Assembly: GCF_006345805.1 (NCBI RefSeq)
Contig: NC_042997.1
Coordinates: 86,676,001 to 86,740,000, forward strand
Source of the DNA: Octopus sinensis
Taxonomy: Eukaryota
DNA: 64,000 nt
Reading direction: 5' to 3'
The position numbers and the translations under genes were made by a program. The notes beneath the pieces were generated by a model. That model did no database searches and had not been told where the DNA came from. It saw only the letters and a program-made list of their open reading frames with translations. Positions 50,229-63,700 of this stretch are shown here, in pieces. The first letter of the stretch is position 1. Each line of letters starts with the position of its first letter.

Positions 50229-51176
50229 AAGTTATCTTTCTGTTTCATTTTTATTTATCAAAATTTTTTTAAAAATAGAAATAAAATTTTCAGTGGTGTC
50301 ATTATAACATTATGAAACTCCCTACTATAATAATTTCAAAATTTATTTTATGAATTCACAAAATTACTAAATGACAATCCTATTGAAACCAGGATATTTA
50401 TACATGTTGTTGTGTATTTGTGCAGTATCTTAGTTACTTTCTCTTGTTTGACTATATCATACCCAGATATCCTGATTGGAAGGTTTAGCATGTCATTCAG
50501 CTTATTACCATCACCTGGTCTTTAGGTGCCTTTAGCAGAATTCTCTCTGTTGCAAACATTTAAATTAGATTTGGTTCTGTCTCTCTTCACAGTCTTCATT
50601 GACTTATAAATATTCAAACTAGGCATGAACCTCAACAGCCTAAGATGGTCTATAAAAGTCATATGCACTTCCACACCACTTCTGATTATGAACTTGTAAT
50701 GCAAATGATATATATGATTATGTAAAAAAAGTTTTGAAATCAGTAGTAAAAAGCTCTAGGAATAAATTGAACAATTTGCAACTTGATAGTTTTATCATAT
50801 TTAAAGTCAAAATTCATAGATACAATGACAAAGGATTAGAATAAAAAGTATGGAATGGGGTAAAACCTAAGCCCTCTTATATCATCCCTAAAACATGTTA
50901 AACTATTGGAGGATGATGATTTTGATGATGTGACATCTTATCATGACAATGATGATGATGATGATGATAATAATATGATTGCTTTCAGTAAATATCTTAA
51001 AATGACTCAAAACTCAAAGTTTTTTTCTTATTGTAACTCCAGTTTTTCTTTATTTCCTTCTAGTTTTAGATATTTTAAAAATTCAGATTTGAAGCAATTT
51101 GAACTTTAAAGCATTCATAAAAATGGTGGATGTGATAGTGCTATAATGTTGTTGATATGGCCCTTATTAAGCTAAT

Positions 51177-51502
51177 GTGAAGGTGCGTAGCTTAGTGGTT
51201 AAGGCAATCGGCTCACAATCATACGGTCTTGAGTTCAATTCTCAGCGACACGTTGTGTCCATGAGCAAGACACTTTATTTAACGTTGCTCCAGTCCACTC
51301 AGCTGGCAAAAATAAATAGTACCTGTATTTCAAAGGAGCAGCCTTGCCACACTCAGTGTCATGCTGAATCTTTCTGATAACTACATTAAGGGTACATGTG
51401 TCTGTGGAGTGCTCAGCCACATGCATGTTAATTTTACGAGCAGGCTGTTCCATTGATCGGATCAACTGGAACCCATGTCATCATAACCGACAGAGTGCCC
51501 GT
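51177..51502 (+). mobile_element. tRNA-derived SINE, family B
   Basis: A box tagcttagtgg, B box gagttcaattc, and core atgagcaagacactttatttaacgttgctccagtccactcagctgg. Homolog of 11841-12158. Confidence 0.75.
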
Positions 51503-51885
51503 TTTTTTAGTTTATTAAACTACTGGTTAAAGCAGAGATGGTTCATATGTCATCAAACCTAGTTGCACAATGTCCAGGGTCAAAGGCACCTTAAACTTGG
51601 AAAGGCTCAGCTTAAGCAACTGTAAATAACTATCAGAATCTCATTCAATTCGTTAATTGATTCTTTTTTCTTTTTTTAAACATGGAAATGTTGAGTACAA
51701 ATTTTCCTATGAATATAGTTTGGAAAGAATTTAACTCTGTCAGACTTGATTATTTGAAAATAATCATTATAGAGCATATTTCTTACCAAAGTGCCATTAA
51801 AAAATATTTTGCATACATTCTTTCTCGTTTTCCCTTTTTCTCTAATGTATATAAAAGTAGACATCTAGGACCCTTTATAGGAATT

Positions 51886-53421
51886 TGGTTTCAAATTTTG
51901 GCAGAAGTTCGGTAGGAAGGGACATGTCGATGGCATCCGCCTCAGTGCTCAACTGGTACTTGATTTATCGACCCCGAAAGGATGAAAGGCAAAGTCAACT
52001 CTGGCGGAATTTGAAATCAGAACAAAGGACGGACGAATTGCCGCTAAGCATTTTGGCCGGCGTGCTAAAGATTCTGCCAGCTCACCACTTTGATTTATAG
52101 GAACATTAAATCATGAGCGGTATTTCGTTAACCCAGGAAGAAAGAACGGTAAAGTTTATTGTAGTATTTGAACTCAGAAAGTAATAACCTATAAATAAAA
52201 ATACTGAATACATTCTATCCAACGCTCTAACGGGTCTGCCGATTGACTATGTGTAATTTAATATTTCCCTCCTAATAAAAAATAGGGGGAATAAAGATAA
52301 AATTCGATGTTTCAAAAGTTAAAGCTAAAATATAGATATATTAAAAATGTAAACAACTAAGATGGTAAAAATAATCCTGATACTAATTACACTTTTATGA
52401 TCCCTGTTGGAAGAAAATGAGGAAACGATTTGTATACTAAGTTTAGTCAGGATACAATATTCTTTCAGGGAAAATAACTCTTCCTACTTTACAATGACAA
52501 AGAGTTACTTCCCTTCACTCCATTTCGCTCATGTTTTCAGTTAAATCAACTTAGGATTTTAGTAGTTTTAAATAGATTATGACATACGCTGTATTTAATT
52601 GCAACTTCTTAAATTCCGAGTTCAATTTTTACCGGAGTTGACTTTGTTTTCATTTTACCAAGAAAGAAGCATGTAGCAGGGACAGTTCAATTGGGCTAAT
52701 GTTAAAAACTGGTTTCAAATTTTCGCACAAGGCCAGCTATTCCGGGGGAGAGGCTAAGTCGATTACATCGGTCTCAATGCCCAAATGATATTTATTTTAT
52801 CGACTCTGGAGGATGAAAGGCAAAGTCAACCTCGATGGAATTTGAATTCAGAACATAAAGACAGACGAAATGGCGCTAAGGATTTTGCCCGACGTGTTAA
52901 CAATTCTATCAGTAAGCCGGGGTAGTAAATGCTTAATTTTAGTTTCAAATTTTGGAACAAGCCTAGCTAATGCTAAATATTAATATTATTTTTATTCGGC
53001 AAGAATGGAATCTACTCACGAGAATTCTAACATATTTTAGGAGTTTATTAATGAAGTTTGTGAACAATATGTTCTTATATCTACAGAAAATATTAAACAA
53101 ATTATCACTTTCTGAAGAATAGCATTTTTTAACCGATTGTGATATATCAAGGCAATTTTACACGGCTTCTGTTTCACGTCCATAAAATCAGACCTTATCA
53201 CTTTCTTTTTTTACTGCCCACAGGGGGCTAAACACAGAGGACAAACAAAGGGATTAAGTCGATTACATCGACCCCAGTGCGTAACTGGTACTTAATTTAT
53301 CGACACCGAAAGGATGAAAGGCAAAGTCGACCTCGGCGGAATTTGAACTCGGAACGTAACGACAGACGAAATACGGCTACGCATTTCACCCGGCGTACTA
53401 ACGATTCTGCCAGCTCGCCTT
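51886..53421 (-). mobile_element. Cluster of family D SINEs (~51886-52089, ~52710-52915, ~53205-53421, plus fragments)
   Basis: Repeated gaaaggatgaaaggcaaagtc(a/g)ac..ggaatttgaa and ctgccagctc motifs. Confidence 0.7.
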
Positions 53422-53680
53422 ATCACTTATCACCCCATCAACACACTCAAACCCTCAACATAGAGAGAAAGTGAGAGAGAGAGAGAGAGAGAGAGAAAGA
53501 GGGAGTAGGGAGGGAGAGAGAGTAAGGGAGAAAGGGAGAGAGTGAGGTTATATATGATGTAAGTCGCTTCAAAAAGATTAGGGCTGCCGAGAGTGCAATG
53601 ACGCGACACTTTACACGAACCATATCCGCATATAGCGAGCCGATTCTACGAACGCATGTATATATACATTTATATATGTA

Positions 53681-54343
53681 CTAGCAGTATCGCCCGGCGT
53701 TGCTCGGGTTTGTAAGGGAAATAACTATATAAGCATTTTTAGAGAGTTTATAGCAAAAAAATAGCAAAAAAATGGAATAAAAATGCTGGTAATTTTTTTT
53801 AAAAATCGTTGACTCATCGTAGACATTTTTAGAGAGTTACTTCCCTTATATAATAGCGAAAAAATGCATTAAAATGGAAAAAATGATGGTAATTTTTTTT
53901 TTAAATCGTAGACTCATGTAGACGCTTTCTTAGCCATTTCTGTTTTGGTGTCTTCAAGCCATGAAGTCGTTGTTCTAAAAGAACGCTGGTCTCCTTGACA
54001 ACGCATTACGACGTTGATTTCTTTACACTCCCTTCCCCACAGCTTCACGAGGGAGGGAAGAAGGGGGAGAAGCAAACAGGTGCAGGTGTGACCATGGACG
54101 CCAACTCAGCCGCCATCGACACACGAAAAATGATGCATTAAAATGGAATAAAAAATGATGTTAAATTATTTTTAAAATCGTAGACTCATCGTAGACGCGC
54201 GCTAATACTCAGACGGGCTCGATATGAATCACGACTATAAGATACCCGAATTTGGTTAAACTGCACCGCAAAATGTTTGAGTAGTTAGGAATCTAAATCG
54301 AAGGGGACAGACACTCACACAACTACAGTTTTATATATATAGA
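53681..54343 (-). mobile_element. Non-autonomous Helitron
   Basis: The plus strand starts a|CTAGcagtatcgcccggcgttgctcggg (3' end and hairpin) and ends ..tatatatatAGA|t (5' TC on the minus strand). Confidence 0.8.
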
Positions 54344-55163
54344 TATAGATATCTATGTAAGTGTGTGTTTGCTTAACAACTGCTGCTGCTCAACTGTGTT
54401 GATGCTACAGATGCTGCTGCTTCGCACATAACAAGGGCGACTATACTTGTTAATGAGCCGCAGCGTATAGTTTTTGTAAAAAAAATCCGCAATAAAATTA
54501 TGGTATGGCTTGCTCGGCATCACATTGCCTCACTTGGCCAAATGCAAAATCACAAAAATCAAAGCAAATACTAAGATCATTTGATATTAGAAATTGTTGT
54601 AGATCAATAAAACAGCCAAGTTTTCATTTGGCGTGATCATTTCCTTGCCAGACAACCTTCACCAAAATCAAAGCACACAAACTTTCTTATCACTATCACT
54701 ACCAATGGTCTTACAGTGTGACCCTTTACCAGCGCGAGGATTTTTATGTTCTCATGCACAATTCACAATACATGAGGTCGATTTATCCTTTTGACTGATT
54801 TTGTCTTAGTCCTGCTGAGTGTCTAGAAACCTATATCAAGCTACTTTGGCGGTGTCGGTTTAGTGACTTGCTATCTGATCTGGTTGTACTTAACATTGCA
54901 CTTTTAATGGCTGAATCTAGCACATACATACATACATACATACATACATACATACATACATACATACATACATACATACATACATGCATGCATGCATGCA
55001 TGCATACATACATACACACACACATGCGTGCGTGCACATGTGTGTGTATGTGTGTGTGTGTATATATATATATATGTGTATATATACTATACGCACACAA
55101 ACATACACACACGCAGACACACGTACACGCAGTCGTGCATATATATATATATATATATATATA

Positions 55164-55488
55164 TGGAGGCGCAATGGCCCAGTGGTTAGGGCAGCGGACT
55201 CGCGGTTGTAGGATCGCGGTTTCCATTCCCAGACCGGGCGTTGTGAGCGTTTATTGAGCGAAAACACCTAAAGCTCCACGCGGCTTCGGCAGGGGGTGGT
55301 GGCGATAATACCATACCAAATTCTGGTGGCGATCCCTGCTGTACTCGTTCGCCACAACTTTCTCTCACTCTTTCTTCTGTTGGCCTACTCGCTTAGCCAG
55401 CGGGGTGGCGTCATTTGAAGTCTAAAACAATGTGAAGCGATGTGTAGCAACATCTGATAGCCTGGTCGGTCACGGTGATCACGGTGAT
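55164..55488 (+). mobile_element. Young tRNA-derived SINE, family E
   Basis: A box tggcccagtgg, B-box-like ggtttccattcc, CpG-rich body and 3' tandem cacggtgat. Inserted in (TA)n. Confidence 0.7.
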
Positions 55489-55753
55489 ATATATACACAT
55501 GTGTTTGTATATATAATATTTAAATGGGATTAAAATCAGAGCTATGTCATCATAGCTTTATATGACTGCTTTATAGAGCACCTAATCAGTGCTACTGACT
55601 AGAGAAACCGGTTACGTCTTTTCCGAGGAATGGTCAAGAAACCGCGAAATGGTTCGTCAGGAGACTATCTCCGTCTTTTTTCGCTTAGAAAGAATATATT
55701 TTCAGTCTTAGTTCTTCCGATTTACACTGTGGTGTTTACAATATATATATATT

Positions 55754-56129
55754 CACTCGGACGTGAAAAGACCTTCTGCTGCGGAAATAGACCTTGAAGG
55801 AAACGTGCGAAAATACATATTGGGTTGTGAATGATGTCACTGGATCGTAGAGCACATGCGCTTCTGCGTTCTTTTATGTCGTCAACTATGAACATCAAAA
55901 CTATCATTCGCAGTGAGCTGTTCTAGTAAAAATAAATTCGTTCATATCGGACTGTGAATGACAAATTTAGTGATCGTAGTCGATAGTACAAAAGACCTTA
56001 GAAACGTATGCGTCCTATGATCTAATGACGTCACCGACAGCCTAATTTGTGTTGTCACAACTGTTGTCTTGTAGGAGAATTTTCTCCCGAGTCTATTTCT
56101 GCAGCGGAAGGTCTTCTAACGTCCAAAGT
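55754..56129. mobile_element. MITE with ~40-bp imperfect TIRs
   Basis: ggacgtgaaaagaccttctgctgcggaaatagac pairs with gtctatttctgcagcggaaggtcttctaacgtcc. Confidence 0.7.
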
Positions 56130-56152
56130 TCTCACAAGTGTTCAGTATTTAA

Positions 56153-56658
56153 CCCCTTGACAACGGTTGACGCAAATATGCGATCACACTTTTGCTTGCC
56201 TACCCGCGGTTAACGTAAATATATGATGTAGAGCCGCCCTACATCTATCGCGGACTTTGTAGCGGCTGACGTATGTTTACGTTCGCTATCATGTACTTTA
56301 TCTCTTGAAGTGCGCTAGCTTGCCGTCCCGTGCATTATCTTAGCTATTTTAGGTTATGTTCAAATCATGAGACTAGCAGTAGACCAATGACATACGGATA
56401 CTTTACATGCATAATACCGTGTTTTGAGTTGTACCACACGCAAGCTATTTTTTAAACTTGTGCATATCATATTATGATAAATAGCTTCACATAGTTCGTT
56501 TACATAAGCCGGTAGACGTAGATATACGACGCTATGTTATTGTAACAGTGAACGTAAATAAACGCGAGTTCGTTGGCACTTGTGTTTGTGTGGCCTCATT
56601 AGATAAAAAAAACCGGAGCAGTGTCTCGCATGCTTCTGGTAATACCGGCATCAAGAGG
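56153..56658. mobile_element. piggyBac-type non-autonomous element
   Basis: TTAA-ccccttgacaacggt at the left end and accggcatcaagagg-TTAA at the right end. Confidence 0.65.
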
Positions 56659-57855
56659 TTAAATACGATTTTACACGAATATTTTTGCATTGAACGCTGC
56701 TTCGTGTAATTTCATAAATATAAGCCGGGGTTCGATTCCCGGCATGGAAACACAATTTCGCTGGTGGTGCCAGGGCATGGCCACAACCTTAGGACTGAAA
56801 CATATAAAATAAAAGAATATATATATATATATATATATATATCTCACTACAGTCTTGTAGCTCTTTTATCTATATCTAGATTCTCAATTCATGTTGGAAT
56901 TTTAAAAAATATATAACATAGTTAACATTAAAATATAAAAACGTGTATTTCTTCGAAAAATCTTTCTTACGAAGTTACCTTAGCATTATCTCCCCTTCAA
57001 CCTCTCAAATAAACTTTTTATTACCGTACGTTTTTTTCAAAAATAATTTTAACCACAGCAAGTATTTTCTCTCTCAATTCTGTAATATTAACAACAATTC
57101 TTCTTTTTTTTCATCCTTCTTCTTAGACTTATTTTACACAAACAAATATAATGCTTTTTAACTAATAATAAATCTTTTTTTCTCATTATATCAACGTAAT
57201 AATTACTCCCTCACAACCCTAAAAATTTTTTTGTCTTTTGAATTTCAAGTAATTTATATAAAATTATACTAACTACTTACATTTCTTATTCTAGAAATTT
57301 TTTTTAAAACAATTTCTTTTTAATATACACCATAATTTATTTTCATTTTTTTCATTGTATACCACTCATAACTGTCAAATCATATATAAATTTAAATATA
57401 GCTATGCTGTCTTATTGGACTCTTATTTATTTATATGTATACACACATATATATGCATATATATACGCATGTATGTATATGAGTGTATATATATGTATAT
57501 ATATATATGTTTTTTTGTGTGTGTATATATACATGTACATATATGTATTATATTTTACAGTAATATGTAATTAATTTAATTATAATTATAATTGAATTAA
57601 TTTAAAATTTTTTCCATGTTTCTTACATGTTAATATTATCATTCGAAACGATATTTTATAAAACTTTTAACACCTTATTTAATTGTTTGATGAGCCTCTA
57701 TAGGATATGCTCATAACATACCTTATATTTGTAACATTTTCATATAAAAAAAAAATACAATAATAAGCTACCAATTTAATATGAAAAATCTTTATTAGAA
57801 ATCTAACTTTGGAACCCCACAAAGTAAAGGATGAAAAAGAACTCAACTTTTTCCC

Positions 57856-57896
<41 letters not shown>

Positions 57897-57991
57897 CCAA
57901 AAAACGAAGAAAAACACAAGAAAAAGACAACAACGCGAGCATGTGGTACATGTAAAGTATTAACAGACGCCCAGGGAAGGAAAGAAAGGTT

Positions 57992-58026
57992 GTTTTACGT
58001 TTCGAGCAAAGCTCTTCTTCAGAAGC
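57992..58026 (-). ncRNA. Minimal type-I hammerhead ribozyme motif (Penelope-type)
   Basis: The minus strand reads gcuu-CUGAAGA-a-GAGC-uuu-GCUC-GAAAC-GUA-aaac. Helix III is reduced to the palindrome ACGU. Confidence 0.65.
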
Positions 58027-58199
58027 AGGAGACAGAGGGAAGTCTAAGAGAAAAGGAAGACGGGGGAAAAAATCGCCAACAATTCACATGTAGTTACATA
58101 CACTGGCTTGAGAACAAAATTTTCTTAGGGGATGCAAACCTAGAGCCAATTTTCTTTTACAAATAAGGTCTTATTGTTTTTGTTCTTTGAGAAGAAACC

Positions 58200-59640
58200 A
58201 AACTTCAAGCTACTTTTTACAGATCGCTTTTAACGCACTGTTTTCTAAACTTGAGAAAAATAAGTAGGAGTGCAAATTTTGATTCTGCCTCCCCAAATAT
58301 TGCAGCCCCTGTTCCTCGGGCCCATAAGCTTTAAACAGCGATATGCTACTCATCTCAATTCTTTTAGATACGAAAAACACAGTAAATCCACAACACTCGA
58401 CAGTTACATAATCTCAAAAATAGAAATATTCCCTATATTTTGTCATGGTCAATAATTGATTCAAGGCTTCCTTGCCAACGCTTAGCCTGTAAGTTATGCC
58501 TGAAAGAGGCATTCCACATATTAAAACACAACTCCTCGACACGACTAAATAAATATGATGTACATGCAACCATTACTTTTTTCATATCTTCAAGTTTTAC
58601 TACAAATCTAAATGCAACCTAAGTAACCACATAGCATATATCCACAACACCCCTTAGGTAATCCCCAACAACCCTACTTAACTTTTCTCCTTTCTGATTC
58701 CGACTTATCACACTAACCTATCACATACGTCTATTTATAGAAATTTGACAGCTTTGTACTCTTCCCTCCACTTTAAATTTTACTACTAAAACTACTACTC
58801 ACTTTGGCATCACCCCACTCATACCTTTTCTCTACCCATCCCTTAATACAGCCCTATCATATCACCCCTACTCATATCTCACTCTTACTCACTCCTTACC
58901 ATCTCACCTCTTCCTATCTACCTCCCCACTCCTCTCCCATCCTCCCCTCACATTATCTTGACTACCAGCTTACACTCCTTTTCTCCACTTCTTTCACCCT
59001 TTCTTCACTTTTTCGTTTCCTTTTTTTCACTCTTTTCACCTTCTCTCTCTCTTTTCTTTTCTCCCTCTTTTTATCATAATTTTTTCTTTTTCTTTGTTTC
59101 TCTCTTTCTTCCTCTCATTTTCTCTTCCTGTCTTCATTTTAATCTATCTCTTCATTCAAATTATACACATCTCCCCCTCCCATCTATCATCTGTCTACAA
59201 ATACTACCAATACATTCTCAAATTTTCATTCACACCACAAAACCCCTTCGAAAGAGCAACACAGAATCCACGGCTTTATACTTAGATATGACTAAATATG
59301 AACTACTATTGGAATTTACATACCATGTACAAGAAACTTTTTTACCACTTCTATACACCACTTTACTCGAATAATGGAACTGCAACTACAATGTTTTATA
59401 TTTTATATCTACTTTCATTCTCTTATATTCCACTATATTCCCTATCTCCTCATTTTCCACAATAATTCCTTATTTCGAACTCAGACATTCACCTCTATTT
59501 AAACATCGTCTCTGATGAAGGGATATCCATAATATCCCAGAAACAGCTGTAAGACTATATATATATTTATATCTTTCTTTATAAATGTCCTGAAAACTCC
59601 TCACAGCCTTGACTTTGTTATCTCTTCTGTCTAATACACA
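58200..59640 (+). mobile_element. Penelope-like element 3' remnant (GIY-YIG C-terminus, CT-rich tract, hammerhead)
   Basis: The frameshifted FKQRYATHLNSFRYEKHSKSTTL..SWSII..CKLCLKEAFHIL..RLNK (58330-58555) matches the PLE endonuclease tail FK.RY..H..SF......T.LS..WSI..C.LCL.E...I..LNK. Confidence 0.75.
59508..59555 (+). ncRNA. Type-I hammerhead ribozyme motif
   Basis: gucu-CUGAUGA-a-GGGAUAU-ccaua-AUAUCCC-a-GAAAC-agcu-GUA-agac. The core is complete, with a 7-bp helix II, palindromic helix III (ACAGCUGU) and 4-bp helix I. Predicted cleavage is after 59551. Confidence 0.75.
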
Positions 59641-59644
59641 CACA

Positions 59645-59699
<55 letters not shown>

Positions 59700-60670
59700 A
59701 AATACAAATAAGAAAATGGAGAAACAAATTTAGTTTGTTCATCAACTTACGGATATTATTATGTTAGATTATTTCATCATTTTACAAACGAGAACATCAA
59801 AAGCATACAAAATATTATATAAATGACACACACACACACACACACACACGTTTCATGTTCTTGTCCATGTCTGTAATTATTTTTACTGTTTACCTATATA
59901 ATCGGCGGCTACGTATCCACAATTGTCCTTATACGATAAGTATATTTTTTCTCTAGCATTGATACGACTCTTAATCTGTCTCTTTCTCTCTCTCTCTCTC
60001 CTCCCTTATTCCCCTTCCTTTCTTTCCCTCTCCATCCGTCTTCCCCCCCCCCTTCTACGTTTCTCTATCTCTCTCACCTCCAGCCCCCTCGATCTGTCTC
60101 TTTCTTCTCCTCCCTCGTCCACCTTCTCTCTCTTTTCATCTGTCCCTTTCTCCTGTCTTTTGTTCTCACGTGACCGCTAGCCGCTGTTGAGCGCTCTTTT
60201 CGTTTCAGCAGTCGCAGAAGCAACACGTATTTGTTCGTCTCCCTGCGGCCATTAGGCACAACTTCACAAGCCAGCCCCATACTCAACTCGTCCTGTCGAA
60301 AGACCCTTGTCCTACGTCCTGGTTTTGTTTTGTTGTTTATTTTTTATTTTTACCGTTATTGTTTTTACGTTTTTGTATTCTTATTGGTGTCACGTATTCT
60401 GTATTTTTGTTCGTGTACTTCGTTCGTTTTCCGTCCTCGTGTTGTATACATTCGAAGCTTTCTTCCAGGGGATCTAATGCGCTTGGCTTAGATTTCCCTT
60501 GGCGGGCTGGCCATATCGGAGCAATCTCAAGATTAATCAGCCGAAATTGCTAAGATGATCTGGTTCTTGTCTGATGACTGAGGGCTTCGAATGTCCAGTC
60601 CTGTGGTTCTTGTGTCGTCTCTGTGGTGTTTCATGTTCTTGTCCATGTCTGTAATTATTTTTACTGTTTA

Positions 60671-60763
<93 letters not shown>

Positions 60764-61744
60764 GTATATATATGTCTGTGTGTATGTATGTATGTATGTA
60801 TGTATGTATATATATATGTGTGTGTGTGTGTACATTCACACATATATACAGATATTACCATTAGGTTGGCGCAAATTGAGCAAACATGATTAACGAAATT
60901 CCCTCCATAACCATCACGTCGCTTTAGCATGTCATGTACTACACTGTTCAGTTGTCTTTCTTTGTTTCCTTCCACCGTCATTTGAGGGAAATTTGGTTAG
61001 TATTTATACCAGGTTATGCAATCCGTGCTGAGCATTTTATTCTTTTGTTTGACCACCCGGGAAATAATTATTGAAAGTTAATTTTCCAGCTGTCCCGTTT
61101 GTTCTTCGCTGTTCCTTTTGGTCTTCTTGTTTCTGTGGTTGTTGTATAATTGAAAATGGCAGCAACATCAAGGATGGTGAATGAACACCTCACCAGAATG
61201 GATAAAAAACATTTAGCGTTGAGACATGGTTGGTCAGTCTTTTCCCCCTTTTCCAGTCAGCTTCAGCCAAAATATATATACGAACTGATGGCATTTGTTG
61301 TCCACTGACTGATATAGGGAACGAAGCGTGAAGCAATTGGATAAACGCGTGGTCTATTGATTACGGATGACAAATGGCAAGGAATGTCTTTTATTTGCTT
61401 GGTTGCAGGTTTTGTTTGTTTGTTTGTTTGTTTCTTTCTTTCTTTCTTCCTTCAGGTCTACATAGGTTGTTGTTGTTAGTTAACCTCAGGTCAACATCAA
61501 TCGAGCAGGCCTATAATCACAGGCATTGCAGCTGTAACCACTATATTTTAACTTTTTTCTAAGCTAAATGTACCGCGACTACAATGTCCAAATCTCTCTC
61601 TCTCCCTCTCTCTTTAAGACGGTAAGGTGTAAGGAAGATTTGGCTACTACATACAAGCTTCTTTGCAAGCTCGTACGGGTCAGTAGGCTATTTCTCAATG
61701 AGTGGGTGAGACTGAAGGTGAGCCAGAGAATCAGAGAAAGAAAT

Positions 61745-61815
<71 letters not shown>

Positions 61816-62179
61816 GATTAGAGACAGAATACGTATTTTATTATGAAGCATGTTAGCTTCAAGTGACAAGAAATATTTAATCACCTTCAACTCGCTGATG
61901 TCTAAATTTTTAACCTAGACACAAGGGGAAGGAATAGCCGATCATATTTGACTGATACTTTTAAAGAACACACCAAAACACCGCAAGATATTCTGTTGGT
62001 CGCTCTACCGTTTCTGCAAAATCGTGGCACTTTATATACCTCTACAAAAGATTTCTTACAACTGTATACGGTGTATGAATAAGGTATGCATAAATATTAA
62101 TACATACATACATACATACATACATACATACATACATACATACATACATACATACATACATACATACATACATACATGA

Positions 62180-62833
62180 TGATGGCTGCCCCCTCGTTAT
62201 CGAGTATGGCCATTGCATGAAGCTTAACTGTTATTGGTGCTGTGATCGAATGTGACTTTTATTTGCTTTTTAAGGCTACAGCCAGTCATTCAGTTGAGAC
62301 TCACAGCACCATCAACAATCATGAACAATTATCGTGCAATGCCCGTGCAATGCCCGTGCAAGAAGATTTTTTTAAAGTGAGGAAAGGCTGTGCACTGAGT
62401 CAATCCCACTCACTAAGCAACAGCAGCCATAATCCGAAAAGAAGAACAAGTCAACATCATCGGTAACCACTGAGCCGCAGGTTTTATGTCGGAGTTATCC
62501 TAGTTATCTGAGTTACCTTCTCCTAGAAGGATGCCCTAACAAAGGCTAGGAGTCCTTCACTCCCAATGGTTTAACCGCGCGATCGGGTATTCAGTCCGAT
62601 TATTTCTATGTCCTCGTGCATGATACAGCCTTAAGCCGTAAGAGAAAAAAAAATACACATTTATCGGATGGCCGTTGACTCTCAAGAGTTCCTCCGCCCT
62701 TTGACGGGTTTTATTTTTCATCCCGCAGGGTGTCCAATAATCACCCTCCTCACCAAGCAAGCTTGGTGAGGTTGCCAGTTTAGTCGCCGACGGCCCGACC
62801 ATGCAACAGGTTGTACTGGGTTACATGTTACCA
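62180..62833 (-). mobile_element. Probable RTE-derived non-autonomous element (5'-UTR-like sequence) inserted in (TACA)n
   Basis: The minus-strand tagcctttgttagggcatccttctaggagaaggtaactc resembles RTE 5'-UTR sequence. CpG-rich, with (TACA)n on both flanks. Confidence 0.4.
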
Positions 62834-63379
62834 TACATACATACATAAAATCCACTTATTTGCTGCTCTGTGCAAATTCATAAAATATTCTCAAGATTCT
62901 CTATCTGAGATTCTTTAAATCAAAGGTTCTCAACAGGACCATATGCCCACCGGATAGTGGGGGGCGTTTTGAAGCAAAGTGGCACTATGGGGATGTTATG
63001 AGACTGGGGGTGGACTTTGGTGGTAGTGGAGTTGGAAGACCCTCAACTTTGGTAAGTTTCATTTGAAATGAGTAGTAGCCATATTTTCACATCTCTGCGA
63101 CACTTTTCCTACTTTGACGACACTGGTGTTGCTAAAGTGAAACCCCTAAAACAAAAGCAAAAACTAAGAATAGATGAATAGTGACAGACGACTAAAAGAA
63201 AAAAAAAGTAATGAATAAAAGCGGAAAGTTGAATGTGTGTGTATGTGTGTGTTTGTGTGCATATATATAAATAATGGTGGTTAGAATTTTGGATCAAACT
63301 GGCTTTTGGTAGTGGCTGATAGGTATGTATTTGTGTATGTGTGTGTATGTATGGGTATGTTTGTAAGTATGTATTCAAT

Positions 63380-63700
63380 AACTTGGAAATTTTCTATATT
63401 TATTCCAGGAGAGTCTTTTTTCCGAATAGCATTGTATATTGTTTCTGCAACAACATCATGTCGCATTTTGGGGCAGTTGCTAATGTGTGATCTTCAACCA
63501 AAAATACGATCAAATTAAAATTTTCGGTTGCGTCTTGAAGTTCTAAAGGCTTCACTGTTTTTTGTTTTGTTTTGTTTTGTTTTGTTTATTAGGTATGTTG
63601 TAGCAAACTCCTGTTCTTGGATTGCAAATGCAATAACCTTCGAAGTGTGATGTGATGTAGCGGTTACGAGTCCATGAGAGGCTGCGCTTCATGTCGATAT
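63380..63700 (-). mobile_element. R4/Dong-like (RLE) non-LTR retrotransposon C-terminal fragment
   Basis: The minus strand reads SLSWTRNRYITSHFEG..FAIQEQEFATTYL..HISNCPKMRHDVVAETIYNAI, matching the AIQEQ..HI.S.CP..RHD.VA motif. Confidence 0.6.

Noticed and set aside
55164-55240. Possible tRNA gene
   Set aside because: There is no complete cloverleaf or acceptor stem, and the sequence continues into a SINE body.
55595-55670. CTGACGA (minus strand) near GAAACCGGTT
   Set aside because: The core halves are on opposite strands or too degenerate to assemble a hammerhead.
60570-60605. CTGATGA followed by a stem, as a possible hammerhead
   Set aside because: There is no GAAA core or helix III/cleavage triplet downstream.
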